A DNA stretch of 60,825 bases, filler included, from Sphacelaria rigidula (GCA_964200075.2; 4 parts of 4 records of this genome joined end to end with filler, not necessarily neighbours in it), one strand, 5' to 3'; positions 11,363 to 25,097 are shown, counted from the first letter of the whole stretch. Program-made: numbers and translations. The notes: generated by a model not told the origin, from the sequence alone.

Positions 11363-12389
11363 TATCGCCCTTGCTCTCGAGGAGTAGCACTGTTGTAGCA
11401 AGTAGGAGGGGTATAACCTCTGTGGTACACTGGGCTGCGAGGAGAATCAATAGTCTAATGGAAAGAGAGGATGGGTTGTCGTGTGAGAGGGATGGGTGCG
11501 GTACAAGACTGAGGCAGACCTGACCTGAAATAACTCAGCCGGCACAGTGCGGAAATATACATCTTGCATGTCTCTCCGCTTCTTCCCACATGTACATGTC
11601 GAGGTATATTAGTGTATAGTTTAGTGCAGGTCTGATACCCGCACTGGGGCATGCAGGGGCAATAGCAAAAGATATCGTTCATGTGCACATATTCTTTGGG
11701 GTCGAAAAGCGAGGCGTCTGAAAATTTTGTTGGTCGTATATTGGTTGATGTTTTGGAACAAACTAACGATCATGCTGACCCTAACCCTAACCCCGACCCA
11801 AGGGGTACGAGGACCTCTGGCAACGGGGGTACATACGCTTTCCTAAACAGGTGGGCACTGGGGTGCCTGCAATCTCACATTTGGACTTTACAGACGTTGC
11901 ACAGGGTCCGTAACATCCAAATTTGAACCAAATTTGAGGTTACAGGCACCCCAGTGGCCACCCGTGCAGGTATAGTGTGCGTTGGCAGACCTGAACTCGA
12001 CGCCGCAGTTTTGGACGAGCTGGGTCCTCTGCTGTCCTGCCCCAAACCATAAATTTCCTCAGAACTTCTTCAAGTCTAAAATGATGCAAGTAGTCATGAT
12101 GCCAACCATACATATACGACCAAAGTTTTATTAGGTGTACTGGACACTCGGTATCAGCAACGGTGCTGGTCTGTGGGGCTGCCCTTTTTCTGCGAATGTT
12201 CAGTGGAAGGGGTTTTGGCGTGGTACGTTTCGGGGTAACCCCACGGTGCTGAACAACTTTTGCACATGATATACGCGCGGACATTCGTCTTGAAACAGTG
12301 GTATTCCTTTTCGATCATATGGAGGCGGTATTTTGGCAGCTTGGGCGTGAAGAGCATCCGCACCCCGTGTCAGATTACGCCGTAACTCA

Positions 12390-13620
12390 GAAGATGTATA
12401 GATTGGTATTTGAGGAAGGTGCCACTGTCACAGCTACAGCAGGGGAAGTCGGTGATGGCCCGGTCTACATTCATAATCATTAGGTACGCAATCACGTATT
12501 TCAACACCCTGCTGTCTGATGACGATTATAATGGGTACAGTCACAGTTGAGACGCTGACTCTGCAATGGATCCCGCTGTCCTCGCATCAGCCTTTGTCCG
12601 GTCAGGGATGAACGCTCGAAGAAAGCATCAAACGAGCATCGTTTATGATCCGCTATATATATGAGGGTTGGTAGGTGAATGTTTCCGCTCCTGTCGCACG
12701 ACCAGTGGGTTGCGCAACGAACCCTTGTCGGCGTACCTGGTACTGGAGGCGACATCCCGGTACAGACAGTTCCACCACTACCGACCCGGCCGTGCAAACA
12801 GGCTGGCAGCCGGAGTGGGCGTTGCACTGGTATTCTTCTAGCCATATCAACGTGAATCATCTCCGCAACGGCTTTGTACGTGAATATTCCAAAGATTTCC
12901 TCATTTCCACTTCGGCCATAGTTTGACGACAACGCCACGGTCCCACTCCCCAACTTTATATGTGAAAATGTACAACGATGGACGAGATATTCATGTTCAG
13001 GTTAAAGAAAAGTGTACTGCGCACAGTACTGAAATCTGTTGTCGAGTACAGCTGCATGACGGTCGGGTTACGAAAATCTGGACCTGCGACGGGTGGTACT
13101 ACCCGTACACATGAACGGCAGCAAAAGTGGCTGGGTACATGCTGTGGTGAACTGCGGAAGACAGGTGGAACTCACTGCAGGGCAGAGATATGCGAAGGAT
13201 GTTACGTTCTGCAGTGTGCCATATCACCTTGCACGTTGCTGCTGTGCATCGAGCACGTTGTGCAGCTACAGGCGTCACTGATGCGGGTGGTGCGCATCCT
13301 CCAATGCAGGCGGCCCGCAGTATATGACATGCTGTACTGACTGTACAACTTGTGTTCAGACCAGTGCAAACGGGGTGGGGCCCGCATGCACATGACCCTT
13401 CATGAACTTCGTCGTGCACTACCGAGCCGGCACGTCTTTCCAGTAGAAATCGCTTGCAATATAGGCTGTTACATAACTCGTAAGCGATGCAGCTTTCTTC
13501 ACGTCCGCACACCGCACGTGAGGCGAGCTCTCTATGGTGGAAGTGCCCGCCCCTCTTCCCGTGATCTCCTGCCTTGGTCTCAGACAACTGAAACCTTCGG
13601 AACATGACAGTAACTACTGG
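12390..13620 (-). pseudogene. Degenerate coding-like repeat, possibly a MULE-type transposase relic; inverted homologue at 18805-20108
   Basis: Clear inverted homology to 18805-20108. The minus strand gives the SWIM-like fragment FPCCSCDSGTFLKYQSIH and TSTIESSPH, with many stops and frameshifts. Family assignment is tentative. Confidence 0.4.
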
Positions 13621-13803
13621 AAGTTACACATGTCGCCCCCTACCGCCTCCATATTACCGAAAAAGAATAACACTTGAAATGGATAATGAACTAGGCAGTA
13701 TTTAATAATGCTGTTGACAACGACAAATAACCGCGAATCCTAGAAAATGGGGTTGATACAAATATGGGGTTAAAGTGTTACAAACAGGATAGTGTTGTTC
13801 ATA

Positions 13804-14684
13804 CGAGCTGGGCCAGCCTAGAGGCGGATTTGAAGTTTGCAGGCCCATGCTCTTTCATACATTTAGAGTTGGGCTCTGAAATTTGGGCCCTGAAATTTGG
13901 TATGGACAATGCATTGGGCATTAAAAAAAAATTACTTCGGTACCAAAATATTTTTTTTCTTTATGAGTTAGGGGTATTTTACTGATACCTGAAAACCGAT
14001 TATTGCCCTCAACTCATGAAAAAAAAAAACTTTTGGTACCGAGGTAATTTTTTTTTCATGCCCTATGCACTTTCCATACCAAATTTCAGGGTCCAACTCT
14101 GAAGGTGTAAAAAAGCATGGGCCTATCAAAAACCGGGTCGGTAGAAATTCGGAACAGTATTTCGCAGGCCACTCACCGGCCCAGGTTTGGTTTTCGTGTA
14201 TTGAAATTTGGTATGGGCGCTCTCTAAGGCATATTCAACAAAAAAGAGTGGGTCAGGTTGATTTTTTTCATTTTTTTTTCACTGGTTTAGGGCGTTCTAC
14301 TATGGTGAGACCATTTTTTCACGAAAACGCCCTAACCTCTATTGAAATAAAATAAAATAAAATAAAGGCCCATTTTTTTTTTTTATTCGGCACTCTTTTG
14401 TGGTTCTCCACACCAAAATTCGTCGCCATCCGCTAAATGCATCGATCGGGAGTTTCATAGAGATTCTAGTATTGGCAAGGTATTGTCGCTATCTCCCTCA
14501 GGTATAGGAATTTCTAGACATTGGATTTAATCAACGAGAAAATATGGGCCCAAAATTTTGAGCAGATGGGCACCTTCCCCTTGATTGGACAATTAATACG
14601 ATATGCGGATCACGGCCCAACTCGTCTGCGTCGATGAGATTTTGCTTTTAGAGCTTGGATCCGTTTTTAGGCTGGCCCAGCTCG
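13804..14684. mobile_element. Tc1/mariner-type non-autonomous element (TA TSD, TIR CGAGCTGGGCCAGCC) with internal ~235-bp hairpin
   Basis: TA|CGAGCTGGGCCAGCCTA ... TAGGCTGGCCCAGCTCG|TA. Internal inverted arms span about 13865-14100. Confidence 0.85.
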
Positions 14685-17600
14685 TATTTTTCGGAGTTGG
14701 ATCCATTTCATTGAATTTCCAGAAGGACGGATCTTCTCTCATGACCGCCATGGACAACACATGAAAAATCTCCGGATCATGGCTTTTACATCATCGTTTC
14801 GCACCTTTCACCCGAGTTGCAGGCCCAACAGGCTGGGCCGCCCAAGACGCGGACAGGGATGTGAACACGCGATTTTACAGCTGAGTTTCAGGTTGTTTTC
14901 TATGAAATTTTGACACAATGTACAGGGCGTATGTGCCAAGACGCCACCTTTTCCCTCGTATACATATTTTTTGTGAAGTTATTCACGATTCTGTTCCGAA
15001 AAACACTGTTCCGAAATGTTTGGTCGCCGATAACTCACGGAGAAAAAACGAAAAATGTAGAGGGGAAAAAGTGGCGTCTTCGCTCTTACATCATGTACAT
15101 CGTGTCAAAAAATCATAAAAAAACGACCTGCAANNNNNNNNNNNNNNNNNNNNNNNNNNNNNNNNNNNNNNNNNNNNTTAATTAATTAANNNNNNNNNNN
15201 NNNNNNNNNNNNNNNNNNNNNNNNNNNNNNNNNTCACACCATGCTCAACAGTGGAGAGCGACTATGTCGTGGGTACACAAGGTTCGACTTAACGGTTGAC
15301 GAGGGAAAGGGACTGCTGGACCCCTCTCGCGATAAAAAATAGAGGCAAGCACCGCAGGAGGAAGGTGGGATATTGGAAAAAAAGAAAAAATCTCCGGGGT
15401 TGACCCTCCTCCTGTGTGACCCCGGCTGATGCGCCGACATGTACCGAAAGGTGTAGACTGGTGCCCAGAATAGAGGGGACGAAAACACAACACATACAGA
15501 CTTACCCAAGAAAAACAAAACTGAAACACTGACTGAAGAAAATAAGGAACAGAAAAAAAAAAGAGTCGAACAGAACGACATCGTAGACTGAGACGTAATA
15601 AAAAATAATAATAATAAAAAGAAAACAAAAGCGAAGCACAGATATAAATGACCGACCTAAAACAAAAAAAAGGAAAAGAAGAGGAAGGTGAAGAGCAATT
15701 AAAATAGAATAAAATAATAAGATGGAAAAAAGGAAAAAACCCAAGGGATTCAGGGCGGCAGAGTAGATACAGATACACATCAGTGGGCACCGCAGAGCCA
15801 CCGACTAAGGACGTAATCAACAACCGATATGAGCAGACAGAACATTGACAGCTCCCTATTTTAGTCGGTTCTAATTTGCAGCCGAGGGGTGGAGTAGGTC
15901 CGTGCGTACATTGTGTGTAGAACGAACGCCATGTGGCTATGATAGGAGCACACGGGGACAAACACATGCCATCTACATATGTGTAAATAAACACAGGGCT
16001 CAGCAGTATCTTGTCTGATCGAACGCTCTCTTACAATGCCGACAGTTGACAGTACGCAAACCTATTCGAAGCATTAGCTCTATGAAAAAAAAAAAACGCG
16101 GGCGTTTAACACCGCTTCTCGAAGCATTAGACCTACTCAGTATAGGGGCCGGGTCGCCTCTGAACGAAGAATAATGACCTATACACAAAAGAAATGTTCT
16201 CTTTCTGGACACAACCATACCTTCTATACGCCCACCTGCTGTACCCCGAAAAAACAACCACGATCCGAATACTGTACTATTTCGGCGTTGTTAGGTGTAT
16301 AGGGAGAGCAACCCCCCCCCCCCCAGGAAACACACGATGCAGTACCACCCAACACCCATATGATACGCCATAAGCGGTGACTGCGCCCTGTGGTACGCTT
16401 CTGAGAGTGGAATCATATCGAGTGAGAAAGTCGAAGAGGGGGTTAGCGGTTCAAGGCTTCGAGGAAATATCCTGAACCGTTCCGATTGCAACACTGATAC
16501 GATAATCTCACCACCTTCTCCCTTCGAGGACACGTTTCTCTCGCTTTCTTTCAAGTCGAAGATCGACGCTCTGGGAGAATCAACTGAGCGTTTTCGAAGG
16601 CCAATGATCAGTCATTCCATAATGGTTTCATGGCTTGCATCCTATATATTGAACACATGATCCGACAACCGGGCCACACAGCCAAGTACTCATGTATGCT
16701 TTTTAGAGCAATGTCTAGGGAACGGCGTACCTTGTCGTTTTCGGCCACCTTCGGGTTCGGTGGTCAGCGAGTATTTTTCGCGGCGTAAGGAAGACGCGAA
16801 CTTGGCGCACTGGATGGCACTAGTGTATAATGCTGACTGCTGTAGTAGTGTACTGCTCTGCCATAGTAGTGTACTGTTCACTGCTACACTGTCTGTGCGC
16901 TGGACTGTTTGGTGTGTGAGGTTGTGGCGGGAGCTGCCGTCTGATGTGAAACATGACACATGTTTTTTTTTCATCAGTTTAACATTGACATAAAATGGTT
17001 TACATACAGAACAATGCCCGATATCAGACCCGCAACAGAGTAAATAAAAAAAATCGCGGGCACATACGCCACGACACCACAAGCCACACCACATGGAGCA
17101 CCTGTGGGCAGCTACTAGCTGCTGGGCAGGGGGTGCACAATCCTGTTGGAGTACTATGTGTGCCAAGTTGTGTGTCAAACTTAGCTTCTATGCCTTTGTT
17201 ATTCTGAAATCTCGAAAACATATGCTTTCCAAAAAATGCATAAGGTTATGCGCAAAACCCTTTTTGAAGCCGAATCGCATGCGTGCATAAGAAACTGAAG
17301 ACTAAACTTGGCCCGACTTGGGTTGTGTTGGTGGAGGGCACGCAGTGCAGCTTCCGTTCTATTAATTTGCTGAAGGGCAAACTTGAAAAAAAGAAAAAGC
17401 AGGCTGATACCTGCCATAGGTGAAAATTTTGCGGCCCGTCAACCAGAGCTGTCTTGTACCCTCACGTGGCCTAAAGCGATAAGGTATCCGCCACTACTTC
17501 TCTCTGGCGTCAGGGCATTAGAGCCACAATTTGCTACTTCGGGCAACATGTGCACCCATGTTTTCGCCACTTTCATGCTCGTTGGTGGATGGGAAGAGGG

Positions 17601-17708
17601 TATGTTTTGACTTCATTAGAATGTGTGCATGTGAACCCTCAGTAGCAATACGGTACCCTCAACTGTAAAAAGAAATAAAAACGATAAGATACATTATTTT
17701 TCTGTTCA

Positions 17709-18200
17709 GGCCGGATGTTATGGCACACAGATTTTGGCCCACGGATTGTTCACTCTCATGGCGTTTGAGCCACTTTTTGACCCCCAAACAGGGAAAATCG
17801 CCAACACACGTCTCGGACACTTTGCATCACCCAACAGAGAGGAGCCTAGCCCACTTTTCAGAAGCCCACTTTTCAGACTCGCGTGGCTCCAAGGTTTCGA
17901 GAGCGGCCGCTGAACAATAATCCGTGTGCAACAAAATCTGCGGCGATCTCCACAGGTTATTGGGCAAACTGGCGGGGGTCGGCAAGCACAGATTTTTGCA
18001 CACGTTTGTTCAGCGGCCGATCTCGAAACCTCGGAGCCTCGCGAATCTGAAAAGCAGACTAGGCGCCTCTCAGTGGGGTGATGCACAGTGTCCGAGACGT
18101 CTGTTGGCGATTTCTCCTGTTTGGGAGTCAAAAAGTGGGTCAAACGTCCCACAAGTGAGCAATCCGTTGGCCAAACATCTGTTTGCCATAACATCCGGCC
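17709..18200. mobile_element. Foldback MITE with GGCCGGATGTTATGGCA termini (PIF/Harbinger-like)
   Basis: Long inverted arms over most of its length. A second, left-truncated copy lies at about 23931-24364. The TSD is not clean (TCA vs TTG). Confidence 0.75.
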
Positions 18201-18804
18201 TTGGGAGCGGTCTCAAAAAAAAATGCTGAAGAGAACTCCAGTGCAAATTTTCCTCATGAATAATATGTATCCAGTCTTATATTGCTCTATTCCTTGGCCT
18301 AGTGGCGAAATCTGCTGTCACAATTTCCGGCAAGTTTTTAGGGTTTTGTTTTCCGATACGGCCGAAAAAGTCTGGGAAACAGCCCCGTTAAAGACGACCC
18401 TAAGCACGATTCTCGCTGAGCAAAGAAGGTATAAAAGACTAGAAACAGGGAACAGGCATGTATTTAGGCTTCATTAGTTCACAAAGAAATACGAACACCG
18501 GCATGCTATGGGTTTGAGAAAATAAATGCAACTGGCGCATACCCTCAGAATATGTGGGAAATTAGCTCAAGAACCCAGATCGCCGAAGGATTTCAGTGTT
18601 GGAAAAGCCAATAACCACTGAGCAACTCAGTCAGCTCAGTGGTTGTTGGCTTTATCAACAATGTAATATAATATACAAGGTTCCCCTTCGGAAGGTTGAT
18701 ACTGGCCTCCCGGGGGTGACGCAAGTCGAAAATATACCAGTGTTACTCCTTTTTCATATTATGGAGGCGATTGTGTGGAAGAATATGTACCGTCCAGTAG
18801 ATAC

Positions 18805-20108
18805 TCGTACTACTGTCACATTTCGCAGTTTCGAATGTCTCGGACCAAGAGTAGCGGGAAGAGCGGTGTACAATTCCAGCATGAAGAGCTCGCTTCACGG
18901 GCGGTGTGCGGAGGTGGAAAAAATACCATCACGCACGAGACCCGTCACAGCACACATCGCAAGTGATTGCTACTGAAATAGGGTCGCGTCCCGGTAGTAC
19001 ATGGCGAACTTGTGCATGGTTCTCTAAATGCCGGCCCGACCCCGCGCGCACGGATTTCAAATCACACTTGTATACAGTATATATGTATGATATTGCTTGC
19101 TGTCTGCGTGTACGTGGTGGACCACCTCTCGCTCTGCCACATTTTGTACAGCGGTCGGTGTTGCAGCTATGTGTGCATTTGCCCTAGGTGGCGCACGCAA
19201 GATTAATAGGCCGCCTCTGCCGCTATAATTCCTGCCTGTATATTGAGCGGATAGTAACACAGCCGCTATGGCGCGCAAGCCGGCTGTAACAATTCATACC
19301 GCGTGGAGATTTCTACACTGTCTTGAAGTCATACTGCGCGCGGTTCCCACTCCTGTGCGAGTTTTGTGCACGTCGCAGAAGGCAACAGCTTCTATACTGT
19401 GCACAGTGCATGTTTATTAGTTGTATACTGACTGTAGAAAGCTCTTGTCTAGGGTGTCATACATTTCCATGCATATCAGGCGATGAGATAGTGAAATAAT
19501 CAAATAACCCGCAGCACATGGCCGAAGTGGAAGGGAGGCAGTCACCGAAATATTCGCGTTATAAGCCTGTGTGGCTGTACTCCAAGTACTCCAAGTTGGT
19601 AACGCTAGAAGAACACCAGTGCAACGGCCATTCCGGCTGCCGGCCTGTGCACGGCCGTCCCGGCAGTGTTGGGACTGTCTGTACCGGGATGTCGCCCCCA
19701 GTGCCAGGTACGCCGGCAAGGGTCCGCAGCACTACCCACTGGTCGCGCGACAGGAGCTCAATCTTCGACTGTCGAGAGTTTTGAAGCGGAAATGTTCAGC
19801 TCCCAACCCTCACATGGACATATATAGCGGACCATAAACGATGCTTATTTGCTGGGTTTCTTCGAGCGTTCGTCCATAACTGGGCGAAGATCAATGATGA
19901 GGCGGGCAGGATCCGTCGCAGCCTGCGTGATCAACCATCACTGTACCCACTCTATCTAGCCGTCATCAGACAGCAGGGTGTTGAAAAAACCAAATGCCAC
20001 GCACCGTGGGTATCCACCGCATCAATGCACACCGGGCCATCAGCGACTTCCCCTGCTGCAGCTGTGACTGTGACACCTTCCTGTAATACCAATCTACACA
20101 TTCTTCAG
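18805..20108 (+). pseudogene. Second degenerate copy of the 12390-13620 repeat (possible transposase relic)
   Basis: Contains the fragments FPCCSCDCDTFL*YQSTH and CWDCLYRDVAPSARYAGKG. It aligns in inverted orientation with 12390-13620. Confidence 0.4.
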
Positions 20109-20980
20109 TGTTCTTCACGAGGCTTTTTGTTTGTGGATAGTTACGTTCGCACAAGTGGGGCACATATTACGAAGATATGACCGTGTTAGAGGCTTCACGT
20201 CAAAACTAAATGAGAAGGCATCTCAGATTATTCCGCTTGTGTTTGATGCTGACTAAGTCAAGGCAATGTCCAGCTGTTTTTTTAACTGCTTTGCTCTCAT
20301 GTTCTCGTGACATTCGCTGCATAAGCACTGTCTTCGTGTTCCTAAATCATCGAGAACGCAAAGAAAATCACAGTGAAAAAATACCCCGCCATGTGAGCGG
20401 GCTTTTGTGGCTCTTGTTTAAAGTTTTCGACGATCTTGGAAAGGCTTTTGTGGTTCGGGATCGACACCCCGCGGAAAAAAGCCAGCGTGGACGACTTTCG
20501 ATGGCAAGAACACGCGCCACAGGTATCAGATGACACCCAAACCTGAACTGTAATGTACCGCTGACCCTCCATCGTGCACTGCAAAAGAAAGCGCGGGCTA
20601 AGATGCCTTGCAGCCAGAGAACACACGGCAAAAGTGGTGAAAAATACGAAATGATGCATATACACATGACTAATGATATCAGCTAATTTCATCACGGGTG
20701 ATCTGACCAGATAGATCATCACCTCGCCCCAAAAATTGGTCAGACTCTCTGACCTCTGGAGATCACGCTGTATTGTACAGCGTACTTTTTACTTTTTCGA
20801 CCCAGCTTACCACGCACCAAAGTTGATATCACCGTTCCGGGAAGTATGCGTGACTTGTGTCCGTGCACTCGAGCCTGGACCACGAGCAAAGCATGTCTGT
20901 CCTATTGCACGATATCAACGTAAGTAAGCCACAGGCGCTGTCCCGAAAAATCACCTTTGGGACCGCATGTCTGTACATGC

Positions 20981-23268
20981 CACACGCGGCCATTCGGCTA
21001 CCTCGTAGAGGAATTTCCAAACGTCATCCTCGGTTCCGTCCGTTTTGAAATCCCCCCTAGGGGATCTTGGGTATTCGTTATCCTCTAGAGGATTTTCAAT
21101 GTCAGGGTGTGTCGATATTAGAATTCCCTGGATTGTTTTTCAAGGCACAAGTGCGATGGAAATCTGGAATTTTCACAGCCTCTGCTGTTCGAAGTAAATC
21201 CTGATTCCAAATTATTGGAATCAGGCAAAAAGGATTTGTTTCGAACAGCAGAGGCTGTGCAAATCCCATAATATACTCTCGCAAATGGAATTTGTACACC
21301 AGAAACTGTTCGAAACAAATCCTCATTTTGCCTGCCAGTACCTGAAATCGGGCAAAAGAAGGACTCGTTCGCGAGCCGCTTCTGCGGTTCAAGTCCCACA
21401 TACTGCACTGTATCAGTGGATGAGAATCGAGAAACAACAGAAGTGGTTGAAATCTCATCCTCTCGCCCCCCATTTCATATATCAATTAGGCAAGCGGACC
21501 GAAGTCTTCGACAGCCTTGGCTGTTTTCAAATCCCATACACTGATTGTGAGTGTATGTACACACAGCCATGCTATGTAGCTTTAGCTTGTGGTTAGGGTT
21601 CAACGCCTTCGATAACCTCACATATATAAACATACAGGTTTTCAAAACCCCGTATTCCTGTGTTCACCAATCGAACACCAAAGTGAAGGATTTTTCTTTT
21701 TTCCACACGCGAAAAATTATGATCGCCGTTTTTTTCTGTACGTTGATGACGATATGACCATCACAACAAAAAGCATGGTTTGATGCTGTACTGAACTGTA
21801 CGATACCGTTCCAGGACAGTACCATGTCGTGCTTATATACGTGCGGTGCAATATACGGCAGAGTTAGCGCGGAATATGCGCCACGTATGGCTAAACGAAG
21901 TGGATGCCTGTAACTTTGGGTGCATGAGGGTGTTATATACCGTCAGCTACTGAGTATACATCACGATGCCCGTACTTGCAGCATGCTCACGGCTGCAGTC
22001 AGTATGACGTGAAAGGGAAGCAGATAAAGTACAGTACAGACAGCGTAGGACTGTATGTATGTTTTCTGCTTACAGTGCGATGTGAAGAGGACTTGAACAG
22101 TGTGCGCAGCCTTGTCTGCCTGCACTGTCCATGGGTGTGTATGCAGTAAACCGCCGGTTATTGCCCGCACCATACCCCGCTGCTCAAGTTGAAACTTCCA
22201 CCAACAAAACATACATCATGCCCAACTACTGCAGTGTATATCTATACCCCTGTGCCCAATTCGTGCTCTTTGTTGCAGGGTTTTTGTGGTGGTATAATAG
22301 CTGGTAAGAAGTGTTGTCGGGTTTGCAATTCAATTTGTGAACGGCGGGTGATACATATATTATAACTGGCGTGATGGTCCTAAAGGTTCCCTGGAAGCAA
22401 TTAGGCTACTTCTTATGTATCGACGAATAAATCTTGTTGAAAAGTGCATTTTTGACCCTTCTTCATCGTTTTTCGCCCAAAAAGAGGGTCAGGGGGATGT
22501 TGACACCTTGGAATGACTTGCTGTGCTCGTCGAGACCATTCCAGAGCACCATCGCGTTTCCCGCAAGTCACAGTTTTGTTTTTGACCAAACTTGCATTCT
22601 CAATAACAAACGGTCAAATTATCAGAAAAATGGCGGTTTCCCCCTGTTTTCTGATGATAACTTAACCGTCTGTTATTGAAAATGCAAGTTTGGTCAAGAG
22701 CAAAATCGTGACCTACGGAAAACGCAAAGGCGCTCTGGAACGGTCTCAACGAGCACAGCAGGTCATTCCAAGGTGCCAACATCCCCTGGCCCTCTTTTCG
22801 GGCGAAAGACAATGAAGAAGGATAAAAAAATGCGCTTTTCAACAAGATTCATTTTTCGATACATGAGAAGTAGCCTTAGTACACAAGTGCACAAGTGTAA
22901 ATGTACATGCTGGAGGATACTGCACGGCCATGTCCTCCGGAGTCGCAACAAATACCTCAGAGGCCATAGTCGGTCCCTCCTCCACAGGAATGATGCTCAT
23001 ATTTCCCTCTGCTGTTCATATTTCCCTTCAAGGGACGTTAACGAAAACCACGTGCCCCAGAGCACCATATTTTTGGTACCCTGGAAGGATTCAGACCTCG
23101 GAAGTCACTGGAGCATCAGATGCCCTCCAGAGGATTCGTTTCATGACCGGAACCGAGTATGAAATACCCCCTACAGGGTATTTTGATCCTAGGGAGGGTC
23201 ACTTTACCCTCGAGAGAACGAAAATCGCGATAGAGGATTTTAAGGGGGTAGCCGAATGGCCGCGTGTG
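20981..23268. mobile_element. CACAC-terminal TIR element (CMC/CACTA-like termini), non-autonomous, carrying a nested MITE
   Basis: TIR CACACGCGGCCATTCGGCTACC at 20981 and its reverse complement ending at 23268. Internal homology with 6419-7110. No clear TSD. Confidence 0.75.
22404..22875. mobile_element. 472-bp foldback MITE, TTA TSD, GGCTACTTCT termini (PIF/Harbinger/Tourist-like)
   Basis: TTA|GGCTACTTCT ... AGAAGTAGCC|TTA. Inverted arms of about 230 bp meet near 22640. It is absent from the homologous site in the 6419 copy (about 6810). Confidence 0.9.
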
Positions 23269-23930
23269 CGGCCCTTAGACGCCGGACAGGGTGGATCATC
23301 TTGGGTTTGACATCATTGAAAATGATGCCGACTGGTAGAATTGCCCATTTTGGCGATCAGAAGGATAAGGATACTGAGGCCGGATGCGATGACATACAGA
23401 TTTTTGGCCCACGGATTGATCACTCTTGGGACTATGCTCCTCTTGTGAATTGGAACAGTTTTATTACATTTTCCTCGGCAAGCATATGCAAGGAAACGGT
23501 GCGAAATGCTACTAATCCCGAACTAATGATGGAGACGGTATAATGTCTCCCTCTCGAGTAGCACTTCTACATTCTGGTGCCCCTTCTTCACCACACGCCC
23601 ATAAAGCATCCGACACTTGTACGCGTATAACTGCAAGAAAAGCATTCTGCTACCCTACATGATTACCAATATCCTACTTCCCCCGCCGGGTTGGAGGGAT
23701 ACGAAACAAAATCGCCTGCTGCCCTGCTTGATGATATTCCTGAATAAAGGCTGTACTGTACTGTTGTTTTACTCCGTCCTCGTGCACCTGCCTTTTTTCC
23801 TCTCCTTACATGGTACCACTCATTTTCCCGACTACGCTGAATATTCCAGCAGCTTGATCCGTCGCACTATGTAACGATCCGTACCCATACACAAACCGCA
23901 GAAGATCCCGCTACGCTCCAATCCTTCCCG

Positions 23931-24364
23931 TTCGACCCACTTTTTGACCCCCAAACAGGGGAAATCGCAAACACACGTCTTGCACACTTTGCATCACCCC
24001 ACAGAGAGGAGCCTAGCCCACCTTTCAGATTCGCTTGGCTCCAAGGTTTCGAGATATCGGCTGCTGAACAATAATTCGTATGCAAGAAAATCTGCGGCGA
24101 TCACCACAGCCGAATGGGCAAACTGCCGTTTCATAGCAAGCACAGATTATTGCACACGAATTATTGTTCAGCAGCCAATCTCGAAACCTCGGAGCCTAGC
24201 GAATCTGAAAAATATGTTGGTTATTGGGACCTCTCTGTGGGGTGATGCTAGGTGTCCGAGACGTGCGTTGGCCATTTTCCCTGTTTGGGGGTCAAAAAGT
24301 GGGTCAAACATCCTAAAAGTGAACAATCCGTGGGCCAAAAATCTGTTTGCCATAACATCCGGCA
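23931..24364. mobile_element. Left-truncated copy of the 17709-18200 foldback MITE
   Basis: Direct homology from CCACTTTTTGACCCCCAAACAGGG to TTTGCCATAACATCCGGC. Confidence 0.75.
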
Positions 24365-24756
24365 TGAGGCCGTGTCTTCTCAAATTGTTTCCGTGTCGGA
24401 AACGTGCGGTCGAGTCGAACTCGCTGGTTTCTGATTCATCCACACCATTTATTTTGCCAGATGGTCGAGAACATGAGTGCCGTGCACGTATCAGGTGCGA
24501 GCAATTTCGATTCCACCGTACGTTTTCGAGTCGAAAGCAATATGGTAAGACACGACCTGAGTGTGAGGGAAGACCCTTTCTTTTCGTCGAAAAGCTGACA
24601 CACAGCAAGCAGTGGGCAGTCTTATCAATTACGCATCAAGGTCAATGTCGTACGATCTTTTTTGTACTGAGCTCTCTATCACAGCGATTTCTTGAACGCC
24701 CCGTGATGCGTGATTTCGCGTGTTCGCCACATACAAATAAACGTAGCCCGTGCGAT

Positions 24757-24940
24757 CTTCTTTTTTTATTCTTCATTTGTAGCACCTTGAACCCCTTTCC
24801 TTCGTCGGGACTAGCCCGTGACCTCAAGGGATCAACCCATCTCTCCTCGGTACATGTCTTGCATTTTGGTCTCGCAGATCGGGTCATGACTATCAGCACT
24901 CCCGCACCTCGTTAACTCAGTTAAAACAAGCTCAGTCATC

Positions 24941-24971
<31 letters not shown>

Positions 24972-25097
24972 ACTCACGTATTCATGCTTTCGACAGTGGA
25001 AATCAGATACTTCGAAGAAAAAAAACGTAGCAAGGGGAATGGAAGCTACGTTCTCTCAACCCTTATGGCGACGGTTGGACCATTTCACCACCGTGGC
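24757..25097 (-). mobile_element. tRNA-headed SINE-like repeat, copy A (diverged; contains a (TA)n tract at about 24940-24967)
   Basis: Homologous to 44125-44438 and 47702-48010. Confidence 0.7.

Noticed and set aside
15134-15233. TTAATTAATTAA inside N runs (also near 30410 and 45641)
   Set aside because: Identical six-frame-stop spacer centred in ~100-base gaps; a scaffolding artefact.
15245-15994. 249-aa hydrophobic ORF
   Set aside because: Produced by a T-rich low-complexity strand; probably repeat-derived, and its ends could not be defined.
23944-24915. 323-aa ORF
   Set aside because: Spans a foldback MITE and a SINE body; no protein-like features.
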